From Eledone cirrhosa (lineage: Eukaryota): a stretch of 64,000 nucleotides of DNA. Of the stretch, positions 40,755 to 58,105 are shown in pieces. Position 1 is the first letter of the stretch, and every line of letters begins with the position of its first letter. A program made the position numbers and the translations under genes. The DNA is taken from positions 35,712,001 through 35,776,000 of the forward strand of contig OZ024753.1 of NCBI GenBank assembly GCA_964016885.1, written 5' to 3'. The notes beneath the pieces are model-generated. The model was given only the letters and a program-made list of their open reading frames with translations, had not been told where the DNA came from and did no database searches.

Positions 40755-41935
40755 GGAAGATGCCTTTTGCTCTTGCCCAGCAATCCACAATCAGCTTCTC
40801 CTCCCAAGCTCGACTAAGAATGAGAAACAGCCTGTTGGTCAGAGTGGGACACGTCTTGTAAATTTTATATGGCACTCCATCTCGGCCTGGCACACTCTTA
40901 GATCATGCTTTTCTCATGAAGTTCTAGATTTCCTTTATTTAAAGGTCACCAAGCTGTTGTCAACTTTGGTATCCCCTACATTGGTAGCATAGGGAAATCT
41001 TGTAGATTATCACTTTACACATTGTGGAAGTGTGACTCCAGGTCTTCCTTGTTGAATGTCAGGTCACCATTTCTGCTCTCCTGGAATAGTCTCTTAGCAT
41101 ATTTGTATGGATCTTTGACGAACCTCCTTTGGCACTGCCGCCTCAGCTGTCTTCTTTCCTTTCTTCTCTCAATTCGTGCCAGCTGGAAGCAGCTCTTCTT
41201 AACATCACTGGAAATCATTTTCAAAGGTGCATCTTCTACTTCCCTTATCTTAATCCATCTCTCCTCGACACTTTCTCCCACATCACCTCTTCTATGAAGC
41301 GACAACTCCTGCTTTTACCTCCTGGCACCTTCTTCATCCCATCTCTACTTAGTGTGCCAAACATTTCCTCATCAGTGTGGTAGATCAAATCAGCAAGTAT
41401 CTGGAACTCTATTTTTACTGATGGCCCCATTTTCTGCTCTGGTGACTTCAGCCTCTCACCGCTCCCAGATGCAATTGTTGGGCAGATTTTACAGGCAAAA
41501 ATCAACCAGCAGGAGACTCAGGGGTAGACCCCGAGCAAGATGGTTGGTTAACATCCACGAGCTTGGCTGGTCACACTTAGGGATCCAGCCGGATCAGTTA
41601 GAGATGGTTGCTTCTGACAGGACCCGCTGGAAGGAGTGTTTAAGGATTCTGCTCCCACGGTCAGGAATATGTGGGCAGAGAAGAAGACCTGCAGTGTTGG
41701 TTGTTCCAACACCTTGTAGGTAGACAGTTCAGTTGCTTGGGCTCATCTGATCTTCATTCGTTTACCCTCACTATTCTCTGCTGGGCATTGACTGTAGTTC
41801 TGTGGTGTGGTTCCTGGCCATTACCAATGCTTATCGTCTGAGACATGTCGATGCGAAAAACACCATCTTGACCTGTGAAGTGAATCTAAAGGCCTTTGGG
41901 AATACCAAACTACTTCACACAACACACCTGCTCAA
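40755..41935 (-). mobile_element. Degenerate HERO-like (R2-group) non-LTR retrotransposon, N-terminal part up to the start of RT
   Basis: Peptides CCVK*FGIPKGL*IH (N-terminal zinc-finger remnant), ILADLIYHTDEEMFG, RRFVKDPYKYAKRLFQESRNGDL..KEDLESH, and PGRDGVPYKIYKTCP..LFLILSRAWEEKLIVDCWARAKGIF (RT domain 0). Confidence 0.7.
41505..41665 (+). mobile_element. RTE-clade LINE C-terminal fragment nested in the HERO-like element
   Basis: RRLRGRPRARW...LGWSHLGIQPDQLEMVASDRTRWKECL matches the RTE C-terminal GRPRxRW...A.DR..W motif. Confidence 0.7.
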
Positions 41936-41957
41936 GCATTCCTACACAGGCACACAC

Positions 41958-44270
<2,313 letters not shown>

Positions 44271-44839
44271 ATACATACGTGGATAGATACAATCATATAC
44301 ATATATGTCTGTGTGTGTATATATAAACACACATATACAAATATACACGCATTCTCTCGTAACATTGATGTTTCGTTTCTATAGATACACAGCGATTATT
44401 AATAAATGCAAGGTTGAATTTAGCAATTTTTTCCAGCTTTCCCCTCTCATTTCCACTGAACATCATCTAGTGCTGAGAATATGATATACATGTATGTGTG
44501 TGTATATATGTATATGTGTATGTGTGTGTATATGTATATATGTATATGTGCGTGTGTGTGTGTATATATGTATGTGTGTGTGTATATGTATATGTGTGTG
44601 TATGTATATATATATATATATATGCATGTATATGTATATATATATATGCCTGTATATGTATATATATATGTGTGTGTGTGTATATATGTATATGTGTGTG
44701 TGTGTGTATATATGTATATGTGTGTGTGTGTATATGTATATGTGTGTGTGTGTATATATATATATGCATGTATATGTATATATATATATGCCTGTATATG
44801 TATATATATATGTGTGTGTGTGTAATATATGTATATATA

Positions 44840-44922
44840 CAGGGTGTCCCCCAAAAATGTATACACACTTCAACAGCATTCTAATAACTATTGCCTGTAC
44901 AGGTTGTATATATGTATATGTG

Positions 44923-44955
<33 letters not shown>

Positions 44956-45184
44956 ATGTATATATATATATATATATGCATGTATATGTATATATATATA
45001 TATATATGCCTGTATATCTATATATATGTGTGTGTGTGTAATATATGTATATATACAGGGTGTCCCCCAAAAATGTATACACACTTCAACAGCATTCTAA
45101 TAACTATTGCCTGTACAGGTTGTATATATGTATATGTGTGTGTGTGTATATATGTATATGTGTGTGTGTGTGTGTGTATGTATA

Positions 45185-45236
<52 letters not shown>

Positions 45237-45646
45237 TGTATATGTATATATATATATATATACCTGTATATGTATATATATATATATTTGTGTGTGTGTA
45301 ATATATGTATATATACAGGGTGTCCCCCAAAAATGTATACACACTTCAACAGCATTCTAATAACTATTGCCTGTACAGGTTGTATATATGTATATATGTG
45401 TGTGTGTGTGTGTGTATATATATGTATATGTGTGTGTGTGTGTATATGTATGTGTGTGTGTATGTATATATATATATATATATATGCATGTATATGTATA
45501 TATATATATGCCTGTATATGTATATATATATATATGTGTGTGTGTGTAATATATGTATATATACAGGGTGTCCCCCAAAAATGTATACACACTTCAACAG
45601 CATTCTAATAACTATTGCCTGTACAGGTTGTATATATGTATATGTG

Positions 45647-45679
<33 letters not shown>

Positions 45680-45706
45680 ATGTATATATATATATATATA
45701 TGCATG

Positions 45707-45737
<31 letters not shown>

Positions 45738-45920
45738 GCCTGTATATCTATATATATATGTGTGTGTGTGTAATATATGTATATATACAGGGTGTCCCCC
45801 AAAAATGTATACACACTTCAACAGCATTCTAATAACTATTGCCTCTACAGGTTGTATATATGTATATGTGTGTGTGTGTATATATGTGTGTGTGTGTGTG
45901 TGTGTATGTATATGTGTGTG

Positions 45921-46008
<88 letters not shown>

Positions 46009-46183
46009 TGTATATGTATATATATATATGCCTGTATATGTATATATATATATGTGTGTGTGTGTAATATATGTATATATACAGGGTGTCCCCCAAAAAT
46101 GTATACACACTTCAACAGCATTCTAATAACTATTGCCTGTACAGGTAATCAAAGTATGTATACATTTTTTGGGGGACACCCTT
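44840..46183. repeat. Tandem array of six MITE-derived ~65-bp blocks separated by variable microsatellite; the last block is a complete TA-flanked MITE (46082-46183)
   Basis: CAGGGTGTCCCCCAAAAATGTATACACACTT...CCTGTACAGGT starts at 44840, 45056, 45316, 45564, 45788 and 46082. Only the last has the right TIR (...TACATTTTTTGGGGGACACCCT). Confidence 0.88.
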
Positions 46184-46540
46184 TATATATATATACATAT
46201 ATATATATGTATGCAATCGCATGCACTTAACAAACACTGCAGAACAGATTTTTAGGTAATAGCAAATTGGAAGTTAAAGGCTTCGTGCTCTCTCTTCCCA
46301 CCTCATTGACATTTTGTATTTTATGGGAGAGAGAGGATGAAACCCGAGATATTTTCTCTGCTAAATAAGAATTTACGAGGTTCATTCTTTTCTAATGGAC
46401 TTCAATAATTTGTGTGTTTATGTACACACAAACATATATGTGTGTGTGTATGTATGTGTGTGTGTGTGTATAAAGGTAGCGCCCCAGCATGACCGCAATC
46501 TAATAGCCGAAATATATATATATATGTTCATATATATATA

Positions 46541-46590
<50 letters not shown>

Positions 46591-46706
46591 CATATATATA
46601 TATATTCTTATATATATATATATGTGTGTGTGTATAAACAAAAGTAATGCCCCAGCATGACCGCAGTCTAATGGCTAAAATCAGTAAAAGAATATCTATA
46701 CATGTT

Positions 46707-46747
<41 letters not shown>

Positions 46748-47126
46748 GTATACTGTATAAATAAAGGTAAATATAACTAGATATAGATAATTATAGTTTG
46801 AGATGGTGATGATGGTGGCAGCGACGAAAGGACAAGGCTACTGTGCATTTGTGTAAAGTACGAGAAAGAGAGTCACTGATATATAGAGAGAGTGACTGAC
46901 TGAGATATAGGGAGGGTGACTGAAAGAGTTATATAGAGAGGATGACTGAATAACATATAGAGAGGGACTGACTGAAATATAGAGAGATGGGCGAAATAAT
47001 ATATAGAGAGAGGGATTGATTGGGATATAAGAGAGGGTGATTGAAGGAGATATAAAAAGGAAGAGTGACTGCTTGTGAATATATATATATATATAGAGAG
47101 AGGGGGGGATTATTTAGAGAGGGTGA

Positions 47127-47206
<80 letters not shown>

Positions 47207-48020
47207 ATACACTCACCCTCTCTCTATATATATAGTGGGTGACTGAATGAGATATGTAGAGAAAGAGAGAGTAGTATCTAAATCTCTTCCAAGGTCCTCT
47301 TCCGACGAAATTTAACAGCAGCAGTGGCACCACACTCCATAACTGCTTCTCCCCTGAAACCAGCACTTTCTAATTTGCCCCCTTTCACAAGCACTTTCTA
47401 TCTTCATGTCTTTGACAGTTTCCACCACTATACTGGAAGAGAGAAAGAAAAAAAATGATTCTATCCAACAATGTCCGCCTCTTAACCCTCCTCGACCCTC
47501 ACCTACCCCACAAACGACTCATCCACCTATTTTTATTTCATTATGACTCCTTTCCAAATGTGTTATAAGTCTGATGGTGGGCCTGTCTCTCCTTCTCTCC
47601 CTGTCTGTCTGCCAGTCCGTCTGTTGCCTATACGTATAGTTAGACAGACGAACAGGCAACACATACACACATATATATATATATATATACATATACACAC
47701 ACGCATATATATATATACATACATCCACACACACATATATACACATATATACATACACGCACATATATATATATATATACATACACATATATATATATAC
47801 ACATACACATAAATATATATATATACATACATACATACATATATATATACATACATACAGACATATAAATATATATATATATATACATACATACATACAT
47901 ACACATAAATATATATATATATATATACATACACAAATATATATATATATACATACATACGTACATACATACACATAACTATATATACATACACATAAAT
48001 ATATATATATATACATACAT

Positions 48021-48087
<67 letters not shown>

Positions 48088-49509
48088 CGTACACATAAAT
48101 ATATATACATATATTCGTGTCTCAGTCTATATATATATACTTACACACATATATATATACACACAAACATACAAACATATATATATATAATTATACACAC
48201 ACATATATATATACACACACATATATACACACACACATACACATATACACACCCGCACTCACATATACACACACACATATATATATATATATATGCGTGT
48301 GATATACAGACACGAATATATGTATGTATACAATGTCTCGTCTGCTCGGCTGTCTGAATGTCAGTCTCACTTCCATCGTGATCATAACTTGGTGTTTCCT
48401 TACAACCGCAATCACCACCAACACCGCCATCAACACTATCACCACCGCCACCACCATCACTACTACTACCGCCATCAACACTATCACCACCGCCACCACC
48501 ATCACTACTACTATCACCACCGCCACCACCATCACTACTACTATCACCACCACCACCACCACTACTACTACCGCCATCAACACTATCACCACCACCATCA
48601 CAACAAACGTAACCACCGCCATCACCATCACTACCACCAAAACCGCCATCATCACTACCACAATCACCATCACCACTACCACCATCACAAACATAGCCGC
48701 CGCCATCACTAACAAACGCCACCGCCGCCCTCACTGCAACAGTAACCATCACTGCTGTTGCTGCTGTTACATCGCCGACGCCTTTCTCTTCATATTCCGC
48801 TTATCACAACTAATACTACAACCTGCACCACCACCACTACTATTGCAGCTCATACCACCACTACTACTGCAACTCGTACCACCACTACCACAGCCTGTAC
48901 CACCACTACTACCACCTGTACCACCATTACTACAACCAACACTATCAAAGCCTGTACCACCACTACTACAACCCACACTACCACAACTACAACTTACACT
49001 ACCACCACTACTACAACATGTACCACCACTACTACAACCCATACTACTACAACTACAACTTACACTATCACCACTACTGCAACTCGCACCATCTCTACTA
49101 CAACCCACACTACCACAACTACAACTTACACTATCACCACTACTGCAACTCGCACCATCTCTACTACAACCCACACTACCACAACTACAACTTACACTAT
49201 CACCACTACTGCAACTCGTACCATCTCTACTACAACCCACACTACCACAACTACAACTTACACTACCACCACTACTGTAACTCGTACCATCTCTACTACA
49301 ACCCACACTACAACTTACACTACCACCACTACAACTTACACCTCAACTACTACAACCCACACTACCGCCACTACAACCTTTACTACTACTACTACTACAA
49401 TCCATAATACCACTACTACTACCAGAACTACCACAACCACCGTCACTACCTCTACCAGCATCGCCACAACTAACGTTACTAGCACCAACTATTATAACTA
49501 TTACAACTC

Positions 49510-52330
49510 GAACCACCACCACTACTATTGCCCCCGTCACTAACACTACTACTACCACCACCACCACTACTATTGCCCCCGTCACTAACACTACTACCAC
49601 CACCACTTCTACTATTACCACCGTCGGTAACACCACCACCACTACTATTGCCGCCGTCACTAACACTACTACTACCACCACTTCTACTATTACCACCGTC
49701 GGTAACACCACCACCACTACTAGTGCCCCCGTCACTAACACTACTATTGCCCCCGTCACTAACACTACTATTGCCCCCGTCACTAACACTACTACTACCA
49801 CCACCACCACTACTATTGCCCCCGTCACTAACACTACTATTGCCCCCGTCACTAACACTACTACTACCACCACCACTACTATTGCCCCCGTCACTACTAT
49901 TGCCCCCGTCACTAACACTACTACTACCACCACCACTACTATTGCCCCCGTCACTAACACTACTATTGCCCCCGTCACTAACACTACTACTACCACCACC
50001 ACCACCACTACTATTGCCCCCGTCACTAACACTACTATTGCCCCCGTCACTAACACTACTACTACCACCACCACCACCACTACTATTGCCCCAGTCACTA
50101 ACACTACTACTACCACCACCACCACCACCACTACTATTGCCCCCGTCACTAACACTACTACTACCACCACCACCACTACTATTGCCCCCGTCACTAACAC
50201 TACTATTGCCCCCGTCACTAACACTACTACTACCACCACCACTACTATTGCCCCCGTCACTAACACTACTATTGCCCCCGTCACTAACACTACTACTACC
50301 ACCACCACCACTACTATTGCCCCCGTCACTAACACTACTACTACCACCACCACCACTACTATTGCCCCCGTCACTAACACTACTATTGCCCCCGTCACTA
50401 ACACTACTACTACCACCACCACCACCACTACTATTGCCCCCGTCACTAACACTACTATTGCCCCCATCACTAACACTACTACTACCACCACCACCACTAC
50501 TATTGCCCCCGTCACTAACACTACTATTGCCCCCGTCACTAACACTACTACTACCACCACCACCACTACTATTGCCCCCGTCACTAACACTACTACTACC
50601 ACCACCACTACTATTGCCCCCGTCACTAACACTACTACTACCACCACCACCACTACTATTGCCCCCGTCACTAACACTACTATTGCCCCCGTCACTAACA
50701 CTACTACTACCACCACCACCACTATTGCCCCCGTCACTAACACTACTACCACCACCACTTCTACTATTACCACCGTCGGTAACACCACCACCACCACTAC
50801 TATTGCCGCCGTCACTAACACTACTACTACCACCACTTCTACTATTACCACCGTCGGTAACACCACCACCACTACTATTGCCCCCGTCACTAACACTACT
50901 ACTACCACCACTTCTACTATTACCACCGTCGGTAACACCACCACCACTACTATTGCCCCCGTCACTAACACTACTACCACCACCACTTCTACTATTACCA
51001 CCGTCGGTAACACCACCACCACTACTACCACCACCACCACTACTATTGCCGCCGTCACTAACAGTACTACTACCACCACTTCTACTATTACCACCGTCGG
51101 TAACACCACCACCACTACTATTGCCCCCGTCACTAACACTACTACCACCACCACCACTACTATTGCCCCCGTCACTAACACTACTACTACCACCACCACT
51201 ACTATTGCCCCCGTCACTAACACTACTACTACCACCACCACCACTACTATTGCCCCCGTCACTAACACTACTATTGCCCCCGTCACTAACACTACTACTA
51301 CCACCACCACCACCACTACTATTGCCCCCGTCACTAACACTACTACTACCACCACCACTACTATTGCCCCCGTCACTAACACTACTACTACCACCACTTC
51401 TACTATTACCACCGTCGGTAACACCACCACCACCACTACTACCACCACCACCACTACTATTGCCGCCGTCACTAACACTACTACTACCACCACTTCTACT
51501 ATTACCACCGTCGGTAACACCACCACCACTACTATTGCCCCCGTCACTAACACTACTACCACCACCACTTCTACTATTACCACCGTCGGTAACACCACCA
51601 CCACTACTATTGCCCCCGTCACTAACACTACTACCACCACCACCACTACTATTGCCCCCATCACTAACACTACTACTACCACCACCACCACTACTATTGC
51701 CCCCGTCACTAACACTACTATTGCCCCCGTCACTAACACTACTACTACCACCACCACCACTACTATTGCCCCCGTCACTAACACTACTATTGCCCCCGTC
51801 ACTAACACTACTACTACCACCACCACCACTACTATTGCCCCCGTCACTAACACTACTATTGCCCCCGTCACTAACACTACTACTACCACCACCACTACTA
51901 TTGCCCCCGTCACTAACACTACTACTACCACCACTTCTACTATTACCACCGTCGGTAACACCACCACCACTACTATTGCCCCCGTCACTAACACTACTAC
52001 TACCACCACTTCTACTATTGCCCCCGTCACTAACACTACTACCACCACCACTTCTACTATTACCCCCGTCGGTAACACCACCACCACTACTATTGCCCCC
52101 GTCACTAACACTACTACTACCACCACTTCTACTATTACCACCATCGGTAACACCACCACCACCACTACTACCGCTTCGCCAACACCACCACCACAACTAC
52201 TATTACCGCTGTCGCCAACACCACCACTACTATTACCACCGTCGGTAACACCACCACCACTACTATTGCCCCCGTCACTAACACTACTACTACCACCACT
52301 TCTACTATTACCACCATCGGTAACACCACC
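49510..52330. repeat. Triplet-based satellite (core CTATTGCCCCCGTCACTAACACTA + variable ACC/ACT)
   Basis: Direct observation; part of a larger ACC/ACT-rich zone at 48410-56463. Confidence 0.92.
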
Positions 52331-52739
52331 ACCACCACTACTACCGCTGTCGCCAACACCACCACCACTACTACTATTACCGCTGTCGCCAACACCACCG
52401 CCACTACTACTATTACCGCTGTCGCCAACACCACCGCCACTGCTGTCGCCGTTACTAACACTACCACCACTACTATTTCCGCCGTAACTATCACCACTAC
52501 CACCACAACCATCTCTATTACCGCAGACACTAACACCATCGTCACCACCACTACAACCTATACAACTTCAACCAGTCAACATCACTACTATTACTGCCGG
52601 CATTAACACTACCACTACAACCACAACCACAATCTGTACCACCTCAACTACTACTATCACCACCACCACCACTACCACTGCTACTACCACCACTACTACC
52701 ACCACCAACCACCTCAACTACCCCTTCCATTACCACCTA

Positions 52740-55370
52740 AACTACCACTGCCACTAACACTACCACCGTACCACTTCAATCAGACAGCACCCCAACCACC
52801 ACTACCACCACAACCCGTACCACCTAAACTACCACTACCACCGTACCACTTCAACCAAACAGCACCCCAACTACCACTACCACCACAACCCGTACCACCT
52901 AAACTACCACTACCACCGTACCACTTCAACCAGACAGCACCCCAACCACCACTACCACCACAACCCGTACCACCTAAACTACTACTACCACTTCAATCAG
53001 ACAGCACCCCAACCACCACTACCACCACAACCCGTACCACCTAAACTACCACTACCACCGTACCACTTCAATCAGACAGCACCCCAACTACCACTACCAC
53101 CACAACCCGTACCACCTAAACTACCACTACCACCGTACCACTTCAATCAGACAGCACCCCAACCACCACTACCACCACAACCCGTACTACCTAAACTACC
53201 ACTACCACCGTACCACTTCAACCAGACAGCACCCCAACCACCACTACCACCACAACCCGTACCACCTAAACTACCACCGTACCACTTCAACCAGACAGCA
53301 CCCCAACCACCACTACCACCACAACCCGTACCACCTAAACTACCACCGTACCACTTCAATCAGACAGCACCCCAACCACCACTACCACCACAACCCGTAC
53401 CACCTAAACTACCACTACCACCGTACCACTTCAACCAGACAGCACCCCAACTACCACTACTACCACAACCCGTACCACCTAAACTACCACCGTACCACTT
53501 CAATCAGACAGCACCCCAACTACCACTACCACCACAACCCGTACCACCTAAACTACCACCGTACCACTTCAATCAGACAGCACCCCAACCACCACTACCA
53601 CCACAACCCGTACCACCTAAACTACCACCGTACCACTTCAATCAGACAGCACCCCAACTACCACTACCACCACAACCCGTACCACCTAAACTACCACTAC
53701 CACCGTACCACTTCAATCAGACAGCACCCCAACTACCACTACCACCACAACCCGTACCACCTAAACTACCACTACCACCGTACCACTTCAACCAGACAGC
53801 ACCCCAACTACCACTACCACCACAACCCGTACCACCTAAACTACCACCGTACCACTTCAATCAGACAGCACCCCAACCACCACTACCACCACAACCCGTA
53901 CCACCTAAACTACCACTACCAACTACCACTTCAATCAGACAGCACCCCAATCACCACTACCACCACAACCCGTACCACCTAAACTACCACCGTACCACTT
54001 CAATCAGACAGCACCCCAATCACCACTACCACCACAACCCGTACCACCTAAACTACCACTACCACCGTACCACTTCAATCAGACAGCACCCCAACTACCA
54101 CTACCACCACAACCCGTACCACCTAAACTACCACTACCACCGTACCACTTCAACCAGACAGCACCCCAATCACCACTACCACCACAACCCGTACCACCTA
54201 AACTACCACTACCACCGTACCACTTCAATCAGACAGCACCCCAACTACCACTACCACCACAACCCGTACCACCTAAACTACCACCGTACCACTTCAATCA
54301 GACAGCACCCCAACTACCACTACCACCACAACCCGTACCACCTAAACTACCACCGTACCACTTCAATCAGACAGCACCCCAACTACCACTACCACCACAA
54401 CCCGTACCACCTAAACTACCACCGTACCACTTCAACCAGACAGCACCCCAACCACCACTACTACCACAACCCGTACCACCTAAACTACCACCGTACCACT
54501 TCAACCAGACAGCACCCCAACCACCACTACCACCACAACCCGTACCACCTAAACTACCACTACCACCGTACCACTTCAACCAGACAGCACCCCAACTACC
54601 ACTACTACCACAACCCGTACCACCTAAACTACCACCGTACCACTTCAATCAGACAGCACCCCAATCACCACTACCACCACAACCCGTACCACCTAAACTA
54701 CCACTACCACCGTACCACTTCAACCAGACAGCACCCCAACTACCACTACTACCACAACCCGTACCACCTAAACTACCACCGTACCACTTCAACCAGACAG
54801 CACCCCAACCACCACTACCACCACAACCCGTACCACCTAAACTACCACCGTACCACTTCAACCAGACAGCACCCCAACCACCACTACCACCACAACCCGT
54901 ACCACCTAAACTACCACCGTACCACTTCAATCAGACAGCACCCCAACTACCACTACTACCACAACCCGTACCACCTAAACTACCACCGTACCACTTCAAT
55001 CAGACAGCACCCCAATCACCACTACCACCACAACCCGTACCACCTAAACTACCACCGTACCACTTCAATCAGACAGCACCCCAATCACCACTACCACCAC
55101 AACCCGTACCACCTAAACTACCACCGTACCACTTCAACCAGACAGCACCCCAACTACCACTACCACCACAACCCGTACCACCTAAACTACCACCGTACCA
55201 CTTCAATCAGACAGCACCCCAACTACCACTACCACCACAACCCGTACCACCTAAACTACCACCGTACCACTTCAATCAGACAGCACCCCAACTACCACTA
55301 CCACCACAACCCGTACCACCTAAACTACCACCGTACCACTTCAATCAGACAGCACCCCAATCACCACTAC
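52740..55370. repeat. 69/75-bp satellite, ~36 copies (ACCACCGTACCACTTCAATCAGACAGCACCCCAACCACCACTACCACCACAACCCGTACCACCTAAACT)
   Basis: Direct periodicity. Confidence 0.93.
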
Positions 55371-56569
55371 CATCACCGCTCCACCATTGCTAGCAGCAGC
55401 AGCAGCACCACCAGCACCACTATCACCACCACCACCACCACCACTATCACCATCATCATCATTATGACTATCATCACCAATAAAGTCTCCAACAGCAATA
55501 GCACCAACAATGACTCCAATACCACCAGCACACGACTATCACCACCTACACCATCATCATCAGTACACCGATCATCATCATCACCACCATCATTACTAAT
55601 AACGTCTCCACCGCCGCTATCACCATCATCACCACCACCGTTACCACCATCATTGGCATAAACGTCTCCACCACCACTATAATAATCATCATCATCACCA
55701 ACAAAGTAAAGCCCCCATCGTCACCATCACCACCACCAACAAAATCAAGCCCCCTCCATCATCACCATCGCCAAAGTCAAGCAACACCACCAAAACCAAC
55801 ATCACCAATACCACCACCTACACTACGACCACTATCACCACCAACTACACTACGACCACCACCACCAACTACACCACCACCAACTACACTACGACCACCA
55901 CCACCACCAACTACACTACGACCACCACCAACTACACTACCACCACCTATACTACCACCACCACCAACTACACTACGACCACCACCATCACCAACTACAC
56001 CACCACCTCCACCAACTACACTACGACCACCACCACCAACCACACTACCACCACCACCAACTACACTACCACCACCACCAACCACACTACCACCAACTAC
56101 ACTACCACCACCACCACCAACTACACGACCACCACCACCAACTACACTACGACCACCACCAACTACACTACCACCACCACCACCACCACCAACTACACTA
56201 CGACCACCAACTACACTACCACCACCACCACCACCACCACCACCACCAACTACACTACGACCACCAACTACACTACGACCACCAACTACACTACGACCAC
56301 CAACTACACTACCACCACCACCACCACCACCACCAACTACACTACGACCACCACCAACTACACTACGACCACCACCACCACCACCACCAACTACACTACG
56401 ACCACCACCAACTACACTACGACCACCACCACCACCAACTACACTACCACCACCACCACCACCAATGTGTTTCTAAACAACACAACACACAGTTCATAGT
56501 CTGGCTCTCTTTCACTGCATCAGCCAAGGCAAGTCAAACATATAAATATGGTTGAAGCATGGTTAGATG

Positions 56570-56985
56570 ATGGCGGTGGCGGTGAAGGCGGTAGTGGTGG
56601 TGGTGGTGGTGGTGGTGGTGGTAATGGTGGTGGCGGCGGCGGCGGCGGTGGTGGAGGTGGCGGCGGTGGTAGTGGTGGTGGTGGCGGCGGTGGTGGAGGT
56701 GGTGGTGGTGGTGGTAATGGCGGCGGTGGTAGTGGTGGTGGTGGCGGCGGTGGTGGAGGTGGTGGTGGTAATGGCGGCGGTGGTAGTGGTGGTGGTGGCG
56801 GCGGTGGTGGAGGTGGTGGTAGTGGTGCTATCTATTTCAGACCTAAACTCTTTTAGTTCTTGTTCCTCTCCTTCTACTACAGATGGGTGATAGGTGAGGT
56901 GAGGCGAGGTGTGGTGTGGTGTGGTGTGGTGTGGCGTGGTGTGGTGTGGTGTGGTGTGGCGTGGCGTGGTGTGGTGTGGTGTGGT
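56570..56985. repeat. (GGT/GGC)n followed by (GGTGT)n microsatellites
   Basis: Direct observation. Confidence 0.9.
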
Positions 56986-57860
56986 GGGGCAAGGATTTGG
57001 ACTTGGAGCAAAAGGAGGAAGAGGAGGGGTAGAAATTATAGGATTGAAGTAAAGAGAGGGGGTAAAGGAGGATTGAAGTAAAGAGAGGGGGTAGGTGAGA
57101 GTAAAGGAAATGGCGTGGGGGGTCGGGGTGAGGTTGGTGGGATGGGCTAGTAGGTAGTGGTGGCAATGATTATGGTAGATAGGTATGTAGGTAGGGAGGG
57201 GAGGGGGAGGAGTTGGACGTTACTGCTTAGTTAAGGATGGTGTTCTAGAGAGAGTATGAGAGAGTATGGGCGAAGGAGAGGGAAAGAGAGAGTATGGGAG
57301 AAGGAGAGGGAAAGAGAGAGTATGAAAGAGTATGAGAGAGATATAGGGAAAGGGAGAGACAATGTGTGAACATATAAGAGAGAGACTGTATGCACGAGAG
57401 AGAAAGAGAGACTATATGTATGTGTGTATGAAAGAGAGACTGTATGCGTATGTGTGAGAGAGAGTGTGTGTTTGTATGTGTGAGAGAGAGAGGAACTATG
57501 TGTGTGTCTGAGACTGCGTGTGCTTGTATGTGCGTTAGAGGGAGAGAGAAAGAGACTATATGATATAAGTGCATAAGAGAGAGAGAGAGAGAAGGAAAGA
57601 AAGAGGGAGAGAGAATATGGAGACAGAAAAATGTAGGAGGTTGTAAAGGAAATGAAGAAATTGGATACCATATTTTCTTCTTTCTAGCCTGCTGTCTTGT
57701 ACAGTTTCTGCACAAAGCTCTCCCCTCCACCATGACACCTCCCCGCCACCACAACACACTCCCTTCCTTTTTATATCTACAATTCCTCTTACCTTCAACA
57801 ATTCTCCAGAAAACAAAACAACAAAAAAACACAAACAAAAAGCAGTTTAGATTATGAAAG

Positions 57861-57914
<54 letters not shown>

Positions 57915-58009
57915 CGAAGGAATTGTGGTAAGGAACCAGATGGACCATAACGCACCAGAGTACTCAATACTTAGGGTAGTAGAGTGATAGGATAATAGGA
58001 AAAGGTATG

Positions 58010-58105
58010 ACCCCGACGGCAGAGCTCAAGCCGTTTCGACGGCTATTTCTTGACTAAATTAAAATGTTTAGCCTGGTAAATAAATAGCCGAACTTGTCAA
58101 GGGGT
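58010..58105 (-). ncRNA. Type I hammerhead ribozyme with U3:A8 core variant
   Basis: Minus strand reads ACCCC-UUGACAA-G(UU)CGGCUAUUU...AAAUAGCCG(U)C-GAAA-CGGC UUGAGCUCU GCCG-UC^GGGGU. Stems I, II and III all pair, with a GUC cleavage triplet and a GAAA core. Confidence 0.75.

Noticed and set aside
44840-46183. CRISPR-like repeat-spacer array
   Set aside because: Eukaryotic context, no cas genes, 'spacers' are homologous microsatellites, and the repeat is a MITE end.
47270-47455. Strong minus-strand polypyrimidine + CAG acceptor at ~47432
   Set aside because: No open frame resembling UBE2G2 and no clear donor; it could be a non-coding exon but is unsupported.
49343-52248. 900+ aa ORFs (Val-, Gly/Ser-, Pro/Leu-rich; a mucin-like TIAPVTNTTT frame is also possible)
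   Set aside because: They arise from a triplet-based satellite open in several frames on both strands, with no unique domain, signal peptide or splice context.
56548-56856. Glycine-rich protein ORF
   Set aside because: (GGT/GGC)n microsatellite with no other coding evidence.
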